A stretch of DNA of 64,000 nucleotides from positions 22,359 to 86,358 of the forward strand of contig JADFYJ010000005.1 in assembly GCA_015233115.1 (NCBI GenBank). The letters run 5' to 3'. This DNA comes from Candidatus Omnitrophota bacterium (GTDB lineage: Bacteria; Omnitrophota; Gorgyraeia; Zapsychrales; Zapsychraceae). Shown here one piece after another: positions 38,418 to 49,440 of this stretch. How positions within the stretch are numbered: position 1 is the stretch's first letter; every line of letters starts with the position of its first letter. Below the pieces are notes generated by a model that had not been told where the DNA came from, did not search any database, and saw only the letters and a list, made by a program, of their open reading frames with translations. Position numbers and translations under genes: made by a program.

Positions 38418-38443
38418 GCGGGCGATCAGGTGATCGCCCCTAC
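38418..38443 (-). repeat. Single GTAG-type REP copy
   Basis: GCGGGCGATCAGGTGATCGCCCCTAC; one loop change relative to the 10315-10342 copy. Confidence 0.85.
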
Positions 38444-38481
38444 GACAAAATGTATATTTTATCGAATATTTTGTATTCCCA

Positions 38482-38510
38482 AAAGTAACATAAGCCGTTT
38501 TTAAAGTCAA
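38482..38510 (-). promoter_or_regulatory. sigma70 promoter upstream of the OmpA/MotB gene
   Basis: TTGACT (38505-38510), 17 bp, extended TGT-TACTTT (38482-38487). Confidence 0.6.
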
Positions 38511-38552
38511 GTTATTTCTACCTAAAACTATTAAAAACAATAAGATACAGCA

Positions 38553-39836
<1,284 letters not shown>

Positions 39837-39841
39837 TTAAA

Positions 39842-39968
39842 AGTATGTAGTATGTCGTATGTGGTATGTGGTTAAAAATATAAGCAAAACAAAAAAAACA
39901 ATAATTTTTATACGCTTTTTTTCATCAATCGCTTTTTGCTACATACCACATACCACATACTACATACC
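39842..39968. repeat. STR-armed element E9 (GTATGTN, inverted arms)
   Basis: 4 units at 39843-39872; CAATCGCTTTTT at 39926; 4 inverted units at 39938-39968. Confidence 0.9.
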
Positions 39969-39971
39969 AAA

Positions 39972-41561
39972 TTAGATTTTTAAATATTTCACAAACAGAA
40001 TTTCTTTGGTGTTCTTTAGCTTATAGATGGTTGCGTCGGAAACTTCGCTATCGACATTGACAATACTCATAGCCAAACCACCGCGAGTCTCACGGCCAAA
40101 AGTAATTCCAGCAATGTTCACGCCTTCTTCAGCGAGCACAGTCCCGACTACACCGACCACGCCGGGACGATCATTGTTATTGATCACAATCATATCACCG
40201 TCCGGAACAGCTTCAACATAAACATTGTTCATCTTCACAATACGCGGCTGTTGATTGGCAGACAAAGTCCCGCAGATCGTAAAAGTTTCTTTATCCGTCG
40301 TAATCACCAGACTCATAAAATTAACAAACTCTTCTTCTTTTTTAGATATCACTTCTTTAACATCAATGGCACGTTCTTTGGCCATGTCTAACGCGTTAAC
40401 AAAATTAACCGTATCACCTAAGATCGGCGTTAAAAGACCATTAACTAATGACAAAGTCAAAGGCGCCACCTTATGGTTAGTCATAATCCCATTGTAAGTC
40501 ACTTCAATCCCTTTGATCGCCCCATTGACTAATAGTCCGGCAAATTTTCCCGTGCGGAACGCGAGGTTAATATAAGGATTTAATACTTTTTGACTCTCTG
40601 CGTCAACAGTTGGAAAATTAGCCGCGTTCATGATTCCCCGTCCTAACAACGCGTTCTTCATGGTCTCGGCTATTTCAATCGCTACGTTAATCTGGGCTTC
40701 ATTGGTTGATGCACCCAAATGCGGCGTGGTGATGCAATTATCGAACTTGAATAACGCGGAATTAAAATCCGGCGGTTCCTGATCAAAAACATCGAGAGCA
40801 CATCCCGCGATCCGCTTCTGTTCTAACGCGCGGACTAAAGCCTCTTCATTCACAATCCCGCCACGCGCGCAATTAATAACAAACGCGCTTTTTTTCATCA
40901 GCCCTAATTCCCGGTCGCCGATCAAATCAGTCGTTTCCGGACTTTTGGGAATATGAATCGTCACATAATCAGCCCGTTTCAAAATATCGTCGAGCGTAGC
41001 CCTTTCCAATCCCCGCTGTTCAAAAACTTCCGCGGGTAAAAACGGATCAAATCCAATGACTTGCATGCCAAACGTTTTCGCAAATTTTGCTACCGTTGAA
41101 CCAATGCGGCCCAGCCCAATGATTCCAATGGTCTTGCCGTAAAGTTCAACCCCTTTAAATTTATTTCTTTCCCACTGCAACTTTTTCATAGACGCGCAAG
41201 CTTGAGGGATACTGCGGGAAATCGCCATGATCAAACCCCAGGTCTGCTCTGCTGTCGACGTCGTATTTCCTGCCGGAGTGTTCAATGCCACCACCCCTTT
41301 TTTAGTCGCTGCAGGTAAGTCCACGTTATCGAGCCCAACGCCGGCACGGCCGATGAATTTCAAACGATCCGCTGCCTCAATAATATCCGCCTTAAGCTTG
41401 GTCGCGCTGCGCACAATGATCGCGTCATAATTTTTAATGACCGCCTTCAATTCATCCGGCTTCATCTCATTTTTGACGTCGACATCAAATTCCGGCACAG
41501 CTTTGAGGATCTCGATTCCTTCTTTGGACAGGTTGTCAGTGATTAAAATTTTCTTGTTCAT
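39972..41561 (-). CDS. serA: D-3-phosphoglycerate dehydrogenase (ASB + ACT domains)
   Basis: GRAGVGLDNVD, GLGRIG, NCARGG, TPHLGAST, ACT NDRPGVVG. Confidence 0.96.
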   Translation of the reverse strand: MNKKILITDNLSKEGIEILKAVPEFDVDVKNEMKPDELKAVIKNYDAIIVRSATKLKADIIEAADRLKFIGRAGVGLDNVDLPAATKKGVVALNTPAGNTTSTAEQTWGLIMAISRSIPQACASMKKLQWERNKFKGVELYGKTIGIIGLGRIGSTVAKFAKTFGMQVIGFDPFLPAEVFEQRGLERATLDDILKRADYVTIHIPKSPETTDLIGDRELGLMKKSAFVINCARGGIVNEEALVRALEQKRIAGCALDVFDQEPPDFNSALFKFDNCITTPHLGASTNEAQINVAIEIAETMKNALLGRGIMNAANFPTVDAESQKVLNPYINLAFRTGKFAGLLVNGAIKGIEVTYNGIMTNHKVAPLTLSLVNGLLTPILGDTVNFVNALDMAKERAIDVKEVISKKEEEFVNFMSLVITTDKETFTICGTLSANQQPRIVKMNNVYVEAVPDGDMIVINNNDRPGVVGVVGTVLAEEGVNIAGITFGRETRGGLAMSIVNVDSEVSDATIYKLKNTKEILFVKYLKI

Positions 41562-41581
41562 TACAACACCTTTCTGCTTTC

Positions 41582-41637
41582 GGTCTGATTCCTGAAAGAA
41601 CCAGTACCAAGACTGATCTCCTGAAAGAGATCATGTC
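41582..41637 (-). promoter_or_regulatory. Twin 27-nt bulged hairpins in serA 5' leader (candidate cis-regulatory RNA)
   Basis: Sense strand GAC-A-TGATCTC-TTTCAG-GAGATCA-GTC TT GGT-A-CTGGTTC-TTTCAG-GAATCAG-ACC, 20 nt before the ATG. Confidence 0.65.
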
Positions 41638-41656
41638 AGTTTGTGACTTGCTTAAA

Positions 41657-41861
41657 AGTATGTGGTACGTAGTATGTCGTATGTAGTAAAAACAATAAAC
41701 GAGCAATAAAAAAATTAACAAAACCGATAAATTAATAAAATGTCATCTTCTCAATTTTACTGGGAAAATTTTAAAATCTAATTATGTTTATAATCTTTGT
41801 TATTTATTTTATTATTCATCAATCGTTTTTCTCTACATACAACATACCACATACTACATAC
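41657..41861. repeat. STR-armed element E10 (GTATGTN, inverted arms)
   Basis: 4 units at 41658-41687; CAATCGTTTTT at 41820; 4 inverted units at 41833-41861. Confidence 0.9.
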
Positions 41862-41877
41862 GCCTTATGATTAGCAC

Positions 41878-43023
41878 TTATTCATTATAGATTTTCTGTG
41901 CCGCCGTTAATCCTGCGCCTAATTCAAATTTATGGCCGAATTGTTTCAAGACTTTTTCAAAACATCCGATTCCAACCAGCATATCAAATTCATCAACCGC
42001 GCCCATATGGGAAATACGGATGATTTTATTTTCCACATCCCCCTGGCCGGCTGCGACAGAAACGCCATAAACATCGCGCATGGCTTTGACCACTTTTTTC
42101 GCCTCAATACCGTCAGGAAGTAAAATCGGGGTTAATGCCGTTGAAATACAATAGTCTTCAGCGAATAATTTCAAATTCATGGCTTTCGCGGCCGCACGCA
42201 CGCCTTTAGCCAAACGGCTAAAACGGGCAATCATATTGTCCAAACCCTCGGCACGCATTTTCCGTAAACTATCAACCATCGCTACAATGATATTGATCGC
42301 CGGAGTAAAAGGCGTATCTGTCTTGCCATACGCTTTTTCATATTTCCGCAAATCAAAGTAATAGCGCGGAGAAGTGCAAGCGTTAATAACTTTCATGGCT
42401 TTTTCACTGACCGCCACCATGCCCAAACCAGGAGGAAGCATAAAACCTTTATGCGCCCCGGCAACGCAAACATCTACATTCCAGTCATCCATTTTAAAAT
42501 CTACAACGCCTAAACCACTGATGGCATCGACGACTAAAAGTGTATTCGTTCCTTTAACCGCTTCACCCAAAGCTTTGATATCTGCCGTCACACCGGTTGA
42601 AGTTTCATTTAGCGTCGCGAACACAACTTTAATGGAAGGGTCCTCATCCAGCATCTTCTTGATCAGTTTCGCGTCAACCGCCGTGCCCCATTTAACAGGT
42701 ACGACTTTGGATTCAGCGCCGTAAACCTTACATAATTCTGTCCAGCGTTCGCCGAATTTCCCGCCTTCAATGGTAATAACCTTATCCCCTTTATTAACCA
42801 CATTCGCGACCGCAGCTTCCATGGTGCCGGTTCCTGAACTGGCTAAAAGGTACACATGATTTTTTGTCTGAAAAATATACTGCAGACCTTCGCCCACTTC
42901 TTTTAAATACTGTTGAAACTGGGGCGTACGGTGATGAATAATCGGTTTGCCTAATGCCGCGCATAAATCCGGCGGAATATGTGTTGGCCCGGGAGTCAAT
43001 AACAAATTTCTATCCATGTCCAA
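41878..43023 (-). CDS. Class V PLP aminotransferase (probable phosphoserine/serine aminotransferase)
   Basis: LLTPGPT, HHRT..F, SGTG.MEAA, NETSTG, VDAIS, AHKGFMLPPGL; adjacent to serA. Confidence 0.88.
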   Translation of the reverse strand: MDMDRNLLLTPGPTHIPPDLCAALGKPIIHHRTPQFQQYLKEVGEGLQYIFQTKNHVYLLASSGTGTMEAAVANVVNKGDKVITIEGGKFGERWTELCKVYGAESKVVPVKWGTAVDAKLIKKMLDEDPSIKVVFATLNETSTGVTADIKALGEAVKGTNTLLVVDAISGLGVVDFKMDDWNVDVCVAGAHKGFMLPPGLGMVAVSEKAMKVINACTSPRYYFDLRKYEKAYGKTDTPFTPAINIIVAMVDSLRKMRAEGLDNMIARFSRLAKGVRAAAKAMNLKLFAEDYCISTALTPILLPDGIEAKKVVKAMRDVYGVSVAAGQGDVENKIIRISHMGAVDEFDMLVGIGCFEKVLKQFGHKFELGAGLTAAQKIYNE

Positions 43024-43030
43024 AACCTTT

Positions 43031-43636
43031 CTATTTATTTTTCAGTGTCACCACTACTTCATCGACCAAACCATAGTCTTTTGATTCCTGCGCGGACATA
43101 AAAAAATCGCGGTCAGAATCGGCTTCGATCTTTGACAGTTGTTGACCTGTATGTTTGACTAAAATATTGTTCAACTCTTCCTTCATGCGGAGGATCTCTT
43201 TGGCCTGAATCGAAATATCGCTGGCTGAGCCCTGCGCGCCGCCCCAGGGCTGGTGAATCATGATCCGGGAATTCGGCAAAGCAAACCGTTTACCTTTGGT
43301 ACCCGCGCACAACAGGATCGAACCCATGCTGGCGGCCTGGCCAAGGCAATACGTATTAATATCAGGTTTAACAAACTGCATAGTGTCGTAAATCGCCAGC
43401 CCCGCCGTCACAGAACCGCCAGGAGAATTGACATAAACATGAATGTCCTTTGCCGCGTCTTCACTCTGCAAAAATAATAATTGGGCAATAATTAGATTCG
43501 CCACATTGTCATCAATAGCGGTACCAATAAAAATAATCCGATCTTTTAACAACCGGGAATAGATGTCATAAGCGCGTTCACCATGACTGGATTTCTCAAT
43601 AACCATTGGAACTAAAACCTGGTTTTTTATATCCAT
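43031..43636 (-). CDS. clpP: ATP-dependent Clp protease proteolytic subunit
   Basis: [32 protein letters not shown]. Confidence 0.98.
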   Translation of the reverse strand: MDIKNQVLVPMVIEKSSHGERAYDIYSRLLKDRIIFIGTAIDDNVANLIIAQLLFLQSEDAAKDIHVYVNSPGGSVTAGLAIYDTMQFVKPDINTYCLGQAASMGSILLCAGTKGKRFALPNSRIMIHQPWGGAQGSASDISIQAKEILRMKEELNNILVKHTGQQLSKIEADSDRDFFMSAQESKDYGLVDEVVVTLKNK

Positions 43637-43637
43637 G

Positions 43638-44534
43638 TTATTTAGCCTCCTCCCATTTAGCTTCTTTTAATAAAAATTCCACGACTTTCGCCGGAAGATT
43701 TTCCCCCTGCTTCACTTCAATTTTTTCTTCTTCCGCGATTTTTTCCAAGGTTAAATAAACCCGGATATCCTTCTCAACCGCTGATTTTAAATCATTGAGG
43801 ACATCTTCCTCTTTCTTCTTTATATCCGTATCAGACATCCCTTGTTTCTTAAGCCGTTCTTTGACTTCCGCGGCTCTGCGTTCTACTTGTTTCTTCACTA
43901 ATCCTTGAGGAACAACTAATTTAGCTTTCTTCATGACCGCTTCAATCACCTGATTCTCAAGATCAGTGCGGCTTTGACGTTCTTTATCCAATTCCAATTG
44001 ACGGCGCAAGGATTTTTTAAGTTCTTCCAAATTAGGAAAACCTAAACCATTCGCGAAACTATCGTCAAATACGACTTCTTCTTTTTCTTTGCCTTGCCCC
44101 TGTTTAAAATATTCCAGGGTTTTCTGAATATCTTCATCGCTCACCTGCGCGCTTTTGCGCGTGACTTTCACGCCCTTATAATCTTTGACTGTCACCTCAG
44201 GACGGATGTCTAATGAGGCTTTAAACGATATTTTCCCGTCGTTAAAAGCGACATCTTCAATGTCCGGCATATCAATCGGGATGAGCTTTTCATTTTCAAT
44301 GGCTTCCTGATATACTTCCGGAATCAGTTTTTTTAAAACTTCTTCTTTAGCGAGATTGCCATATTGCGATTCCAAAATATTGCGCGGCGCTTTTCCCTGA
44401 CGAAAACCCTTGATCTTCGCGGCTTTAGCCAGGTCGTCATAAATTTCCTGCATTTTTTTCGCGACCCGTTCTTTGGAAATTTCGAAATTCAATTCACGTC
44501 TAGTTGGGTCTACTTTTTTAACTTCAACTTTCAT
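43638..44534 (-). CDS. tig: Trigger factor (lacks FKBP PPIase domain)
   Basis: GFRQGKAP ribosome-binding motif; ~298 aa; upstream of clpP. Confidence 0.9.
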   Translation of the reverse strand: MKVEVKKVDPTRRELNFEISKERVAKKMQEIYDDLAKAAKIKGFRQGKAPRNILESQYGNLAKEEVLKKLIPEVYQEAIENEKLIPIDMPDIEDVAFNDGKISFKASLDIRPEVTVKDYKGVKVTRKSAQVSDEDIQKTLEYFKQGQGKEKEEVVFDDSFANGLGFPNLEELKKSLRRQLELDKERQSRTDLENQVIEAVMKKAKLVVPQGLVKKQVERRAAEVKERLKKQGMSDTDIKKKEEDVLNDLKSAVEKDIRVYLTLEKIAEEEKIEVKQGENLPAKVVEFLLKEAKWEEAK

Positions 44535-44558
44535 TAACAAAATCCTTCCATTTTTTAG

Positions 44559-45287
44559 TTACATTCTAAATTTTTCACCTAAATAAATTTTTCTTGCTTC
44601 CGGATCATTAATCAATTCTTCGGCTGTACCGGATATCAAAACTTTTCCCTCTGCGATCAAATACGCCCGGTCCGTGATGGCTAAAGTTTCTCTTACATTA
44701 TGATCTGTTAACAAAATCCCCAACCCTTTATTCTTTAACTCTTTAATAATCTCTTGCGCCTCTGCGACGACAATAGGGTCGATTCCGGAAAACGGCTCAT
44801 CCAGCAATAAAAATGATGGATTCGTCACCAAGGCGCGGGTAATTTCCAAACGCCGCCGCTCACCACCGGAGAGCGTGAAAGCTTTACTCTTGGCTAGATG
44901 CGCGATATTCAATTCTTCCAGCAAAGACTGCAGTCTGCGTTTGCGTTCTTTAGGACCAATATCCAAAGTTTCCAAAATCGCCATGATATTTTCTTCCACA
45001 GTCAATTTACGGAAAATAGAAGATTCTTGGGCCAAATAACCCATTCCCAGACGGCAACGATCATGAATTGATTTCCGGGTAATATCTTCATTATCAAAAA
45101 ATATCTGGCCATCATTCGGTTTAATAATACCCACAGCCATGTAAAAAGTTGTGGTCTTTCCTGCCCCATTAGGCCCTAAAAGCCCCACAATTTCCGACCG
45201 GCCCACTGTGATGCTGAGGCCATCAACAACTTTCCGGCTTCCGTATTCCTTGCACAGTCCCCTAGTTTCCAAAAGGTGTAAGGCCAT
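44559..45287 (-). CDS. lptB: LPS export ABC transporter ATPase
   Basis: GLLGPNGAGKTTTFY, LSGGERRRLEI, LLDEPF, ITD/HNVRETL, YLGEKF. Confidence 0.96.
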   Translation of the reverse strand: MALHLLETRGLCKEYGSRKVVDGLSITVGRSEIVGLLGPNGAGKTTTFYMAVGIIKPNDGQIFFDNEDITRKSIHDRCRLGMGYLAQESSIFRKLTVEENIMAILETLDIGPKERKRRLQSLLEELNIAHLAKSKAFTLSGGERRRLEITRALVTNPSFLLLDEPFSGIDPIVVAEAQEIIKELKNKGLGILLTDHNVRETLAITDRAYLIAEGKVLISGTAEELINDPEARKIYLGEKFRM

Positions 45288-46131
45288 TAGTCCCCTCAGT
45301 CTCAAATATCAGTTTTGGTTTTCCAGACAACGTGATTTTTTGTGTACCAGCGTCGTAAACCGCTTTTTCCGCAAAGGTTTGATTCTCTCCTTGAGTGATC
45401 ACCACGTTACCTTCACAAACTAATTGCTTAATTTTTTTTTCTTCCTTATTGAAATAAACTTTCATAATATCCGAACGCAAAGTCTGCGTATCCCGGACAG
45501 CTTTGACATTATCATGAAAAACAGCAATCATATCCGCCTGATCTAATTCCATTGGCCCATCACTGGTGATCGTGACAATTTGTTTATTTTTTTCATTTGG
45601 CGCCGTAGCCACCCGAGCTGTCACATCTTTTTTAATTTCCGCTGTTTTTTCTTTAGTATGCGCTTCCATGCCAGTGCCGGTTACAGTCATCTGATTCCCG
45701 GTAAAAGCCACATCATCCTTGGTCTGAACCACATCTTTATTGCGGTCCCATTCCAAAGAATTGGTCATCATCTGCTGTCCATCCTGAGCTGTAATCACCA
45801 CATCTTTTTCCAAACGCATTTTGTTTTGCGTTTGATCTATATATCCGGTTTCTGCCGTGACATTAACTTTATTTTCGCCAAAGGTGTTGGCATCAACATT
45901 CTGAACTTTAATCTCATTGCCGACAATATCCGCTTTATCGCCTTTCACATCCCATTGCTTCTCTCCGGTATTAGAATATCCTTGCAAATTAAATCCCTGA
46001 AGCTGCTGTTGCGGTTGCGGCTGTCCAGATTTTTTAGTCGGAATAATCTCCGGTGCCTGTTCCTGCGCCCATCCGATATAAGAAATAAAAACTAAAATTA
46101 ACGCGCATAATACAGATCGGAAAATTTTCAT
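45262..46131 (-). CDS. LPS export periplasmic protein, LptC + LptA/OstA-like tandem jellyrolls
   Basis: N-terminal hydrophobic segment, two beta-rich blocks (…LEWD…; F..NV.A…GNVVITQG…A.KAVYD…ITLSGKP); between kdsC and lptB. Confidence 0.75.
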   Translation of the reverse strand: MKIFRSVLCALILVFISYIGWAQEQAPEIIPTKKSGQPQPQQQLQGFNLQGYSNTGEKQWDVKGDKADIVGNEIKVQNVDANTFGENKVNVTAETGYIDQTQNKMRLEKDVVITAQDGQQMMTNSLEWDRNKDVVQTKDDVAFTGNQMTVTGTGMEAHTKEKTAEIKKDVTARVATAPNEKNKQIVTITSDGPMELDQADMIAVFHDNVKAVRDTQTLRSDIMKVYFNKEEKKIKQLVCEGNVVITQGENQTFAEKAVYDAGTQKITLSGKPKLIFETEGTNGLTPFGN

Positions 46132-46652
46132 ACAAAAGTCTCCAGCACGGTTTTCCACCGGCTCTGTGTTTTCAATATTAACTCCACAACTTCGCGAACT
46201 GCGCCATTTCCGCCCGATTTTTTAGTGACATAATGCGCATATTGTTTAGCATCCGAGGAAGCATTGGCCACAGCCACCGCGAACCCGGCTTGTTTTAAAA
46301 CCGGAATATCCGGCAAATCGTCGCCGACAAAACACACTTCGTCTGGAGAAACATTGAAATTTTTCAAAAGATCCCCAAACGCGGCCGACTTAGGATACGC
46401 ATCTTGATACACTTTGTCAATTTTTAAATCAAGAGCCCGCGCTGCCACACAACCGGATGAACGCGCGGTAATAATCGCCGTTTTAAGGCCGGCTTTACGC
46501 AAAACCGCAATACCCAAGCCGTCCTGAACATTAAACATTTTAATCTCCTGGCCCTTCTCATCCAAATTAATAGAGCCGTTCGTCATAACCCCATCAACAT
46601 CAAAGGCAATGACCTTGATCTTCATGATGCGTTGTTTTAAATTTTTTGTCAT
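46128..46652 (-). CDS. kdsC: KDO 8-phosphate phosphatase
   Basis: FDVDGVMTNG, FNVQDG, GDDLPD, GG.GAVRE. Confidence 0.94.
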   Translation of the reverse strand: MTKNLKQRIMKIKVIAFDVDGVMTNGSINLDEKGQEIKMFNVQDGLGIAVLRKAGLKTAIITARSSGCVAARALDLKIDKVYQDAYPKSAAFGDLLKNFNVSPDEVCFVGDDLPDIPVLKQAGFAVAVANASSDAKQYAHYVTKKSGGNGAVREVVELILKTQSRWKTVLETFV

Positions 46653-46673
46653 ATGAATTAATTTCATTAAAGA

Positions 46674-46844
46674 AAATAGACGATAGATAATAGAAGATAG
46701 AAAAACATCGATTAATTTTTAAATAGACAAGACAGCAAACACAGTGCCGCAAAACACAATAAATCTTCGAATATTTTCATCTCTATCGTTGTTATTCTTT
46801 CTTTTTCTATTTTCTATTCTCTATTCTCTCCCATCTATCTTCTA
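46674..46844. repeat. STR-armed element E11 (NNATAGA heptamer, inverted arms)
   Basis: AAATAGA CGATAGA TAATAGA AGATAGA at 46674-46701; TTCTATT TTCTATT CTCTATT..ATCTATC at 46805-46844. Confidence 0.85.
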
Positions 46845-46850
46845 ATTTGT

Positions 46851-47807
46851 TTAAACTAAACCTGCCCTTAAAAGATCCTGCACATCCAACAAACCGACTA
46901 ATTTTCCTTTTTTATCTATAACCGGCAATTCGTCAATTTTACGGCCTTCCAGCACCAGCAATGATTCAGCAGCTAATTGTTCGGCCTTAATCACGGTCGG
47001 ATTTTTTGTCATCACATTCTTAACCGGTTTGCTTAGCAAATTCACGTCCAATTCTAAATGACGGCGTAAATCTCCGTCCGTGAATATTCCGACAAATTTC
47101 CCTTTTGCATTAACCACACACGCGGATCCGCACCGGGCCTGAGTAATGGCGTATAAAACATCCTTGACTGCCATGGTTTCTTTGACTTTGGCATAATGCT
47201 CACCCGACCGCATAATATCGCTGACCCGCAATAATAATTTCCGGCCTAAAGAACCGCCGGGATGAAAAAACGCAAAATCTTCCCGTTTAAATTGCCGGCG
47301 CGAAATTAAACATGATGCTAACGCGTCGCCCATCACTAACGTCGCGGTGGTAGATGCCATCGGCGCTAAACCTAAAGGACAACCTTCTTTTTCAACAGAC
47401 ACATCCAACACGATATCGCTGTGCTTAGCTAAAGACGATTTAACATTCCCAGTGATAGCAATGGTTTTAGCCTTGATCCGTTTCAAAAGTGGCAATAAAC
47501 GCACGGTCTCTTCTGTTTCACCGCTAGAGGAGATCAGAAGAATCACATCGTCTTTTGTCACTTGCCCTAAATCACCATGCGCGGCTTCCGCGCTATGCAT
47601 AAAAATACTCGGCGTTCCAGTTGAGGAAAACGTTGCAGAAATCTTACGGCCCACAATTCCAGTCTTCCCCATACCCGAGACGATCACCCGGCCTTTGCAT
47701 TTTAAAATCACTTCAATGGCGAGCAAGAAATTATCATTTAATTTCTTGGCTAAATTTTGAATCGCCTTGGCTTCAGTATGTATTAAATCTTTGGCAGTCT
47801 TCAGCAA
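46851..47807 (-). CDS. kdsD: Arabinose-5-phosphate isomerase (SIS + CBS)
   Basis: GMGKTG..G.KI.AT..STGTP, HGDLG, HPGGSLG, CBS pair. Confidence 0.95.
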   Translation of the reverse strand: MLKTAKDLIHTEAKAIQNLAKKLNDNFLLAIEVILKCKGRVIVSGMGKTGIVGRKISATFSSTGTPSIFMHSAEAAHGDLGQVTKDDVILLISSSGETEETVRLLPLLKRIKAKTIAITGNVKSSLAKHSDIVLDVSVEKEGCPLGLAPMASTTATLVMGDALASCLISRRQFKREDFAFFHPGGSLGRKLLLRVSDIMRSGEHYAKVKETMAVKDVLYAITQARCGSACVVNAKGKFVGIFTDGDLRRHLELDVNLLSKPVKNVMTKNPTVIKAEQLAAESLLVLEGRKIDELPVIDKKGKLVGLLDVQDLLRAGLV

Positions 47808-47821
47808 AATTTGCTCTTTTC

Positions 47822-48649
47822 TTAAACTTTATTTTTAATAACACTATCTAATTTTTTCAATTGTGTTAAAAATTTTTCAACCTGACTTAACGCAATCATA
47901 TTCGGCCCGTCTGAAAGGGCTTTTTCCGGATTCGGATGGACTTCTAAAAATATCCCCGCGCATCCTGCCGCAACAGCACAACGCGCCAAAAGCGGAATAA
48001 ATTCCCGGCACCCGCCTGAAGCATGACCTAACCCTCCCGGCTGTTGCACACTATGCGTCGCGTCAAATACGACCGGATATCCTGTCTCTGCCATAATTGC
48101 CAAAGACCGGAAATCACTCACTAAATTTCCATAACCAAACGATACACCTCGTTCAGTCAAAATAATTTTTTTATTTCCTGTGCTTTCCACTTTACGGATT
48201 AATTGCCCCATATTGTGCGGATCTAAAAATTGCCCTTTTTTAATATTAACAGCTTTCCCGGTACGCCCGGCTTCAACGACCAGATCTGTCTGCCGGCACA
48301 AAAACGCCGGGATCTGGAGGATATCCGCGACTTTAGCCGACTCAGCGACCTCTTCAACAGAATGCACATCCGTTAAAATCGGTAAGCCTAAAGTCTCTTT
48401 AACCTCTTTAAGAATGGCTAACCCTTTTTGCAAACCAGGCCCACGGAACGAATCAATCGACGTACGGTTCGCTTTATCATAACTCGCCTTAAAAATAAAC
48501 GGCACTTTCAAACGGGTCGTGATTGCCTTTAACTGCTTAGCCACCTTCAAAACCAAACCCCTGCTCTCGATCACACAAGGCCCCGCAATCAACACGATCG
48601 GTAAGCGGTTTGAAAATTTAACATTTTTAACTGATATTATTTTTTGCAT
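47822..48649 (-). CDS. kdsA: KDO 8-phosphate synthase
   Basis: IAGPCVIE, KASYDKANRTS, QIPAFLCRQTDL, DATHSVQ. Confidence 0.97.
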   Translation of the reverse strand: MQKIISVKNVKFSNRLPIVLIAGPCVIESRGLVLKVAKQLKAITTRLKVPFIFKASYDKANRTSIDSFRGPGLQKGLAILKEVKETLGLPILTDVHSVEEVAESAKVADILQIPAFLCRQTDLVVEAGRTGKAVNIKKGQFLDPHNMGQLIRKVESTGNKKIILTERGVSFGYGNLVSDFRSLAIMAETGYPVVFDATHSVQQPGGLGHASGGCREFIPLLARCAVAAGCAGIFLEVHPNPEKALSDGPNMIALSQVEKFLTQLKKLDSVIKNKV

Positions 48650-48691
48650 TTTATTATCTCTATCAATTTAATCCCGTGATCGCGCGCGATT

Positions 48692-49420
48692 TTACGGGAC
48701 GACCTTCAGCACTCTGACCAAATCTTCTCGGGTATCCACCCCGATCGTCTCAATATCCGTCACGACCGTCTTAATTTTGTAGCCAGCCTCTAAAACTCTC
48801 AGCTGTTCCAGTTTTTCCGTCTGCTCAAGATAAGATGACGGCAAACGATTAAAACTTAACAAAAAATCTTTTCGATAAGCGTAAATGCCCAGATGTTTAT
48901 AATTTTTCAATTTATTAAATGGCGCGCCGTCACGGTTAAACGGAATAGTCGCTCTCGAAAAATATAAAGCATAACCCTGATGATCAATCACCACTTTAAC
49001 TACATTAGGATTATTAAATTCCGTCGTATCACTTAGCAACTTGATGGCTGTTGCCATAGGTGTCGCTTTGTCATGCTCCAGCACTTTAACCAGATCATCA
49101 ATCACCTGATGCTGAATTAACGGCTCATCGCCCTGAATATTAATCACAATATCACAAACCACATCTTTAACCGCTTCCGCGATCCGGTCTGTTCCGGACG
49201 CATGGTCTTTAGCCGTCATCACTGCCTTAGCCCCAAACTTTTTCGCCGCTGACATGATGCGTTCATCATCAGTCGCAATCAAAACGTCTGCCAAATATTT
49301 GCTCTGCTTGGTTCTTTCCCAAACATGCTGAATCATAGGCTTGCCCGCGATTTCAGCCAAAACCTTACCTTCAAACCGAGTCGATCCCCAACGAGCAGGA
49401 ATTACGCCAATTGCCGTCAT
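48692..49420 (-). CDS. kdsB: CMP-KDO synthetase
   Basis: IPARWGSTRFEGK, SGTDRIAE, NIQGDEP, LEQLR. Confidence 0.97.
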   Translation of the reverse strand: MTAIGVIPARWGSTRFEGKVLAEIAGKPMIQHVWERTKQSKYLADVLIATDDERIMSAAKKFGAKAVMTAKDHASGTDRIAEAVKDVVCDIVINIQGDEPLIQHQVIDDLVKVLEHDKATPMATAIKLLSDTTEFNNPNVVKVVIDHQGYALYFSRATIPFNRDGAPFNKLKNYKHLGIYAYRKDFLLSFNRLPSSYLEQTEKLEQLRVLEAGYKIKTVVTDIETIGVDTREDLVRVLKVVP

Positions 49421-49440
49421 GTCTTATCCTCATATTTAAT

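Noticed and set aside
41582-41650. Tandem glycine riboswitch upstream of serA
   Set aside because: CUUUCAGG occurs twice, but the region is too short and lacks the three-way-junction aptamer with GGAGA/CCGAAG placement; kept as an unknown motif.
48682-48709. Hairpin TCCCGT-GATCGCGCGCGAT-TTT-ACGGGA at the kdsB end as a terminator
   Set aside because: No U-tract, inside an apparent operon, and single copy; insufficient support.
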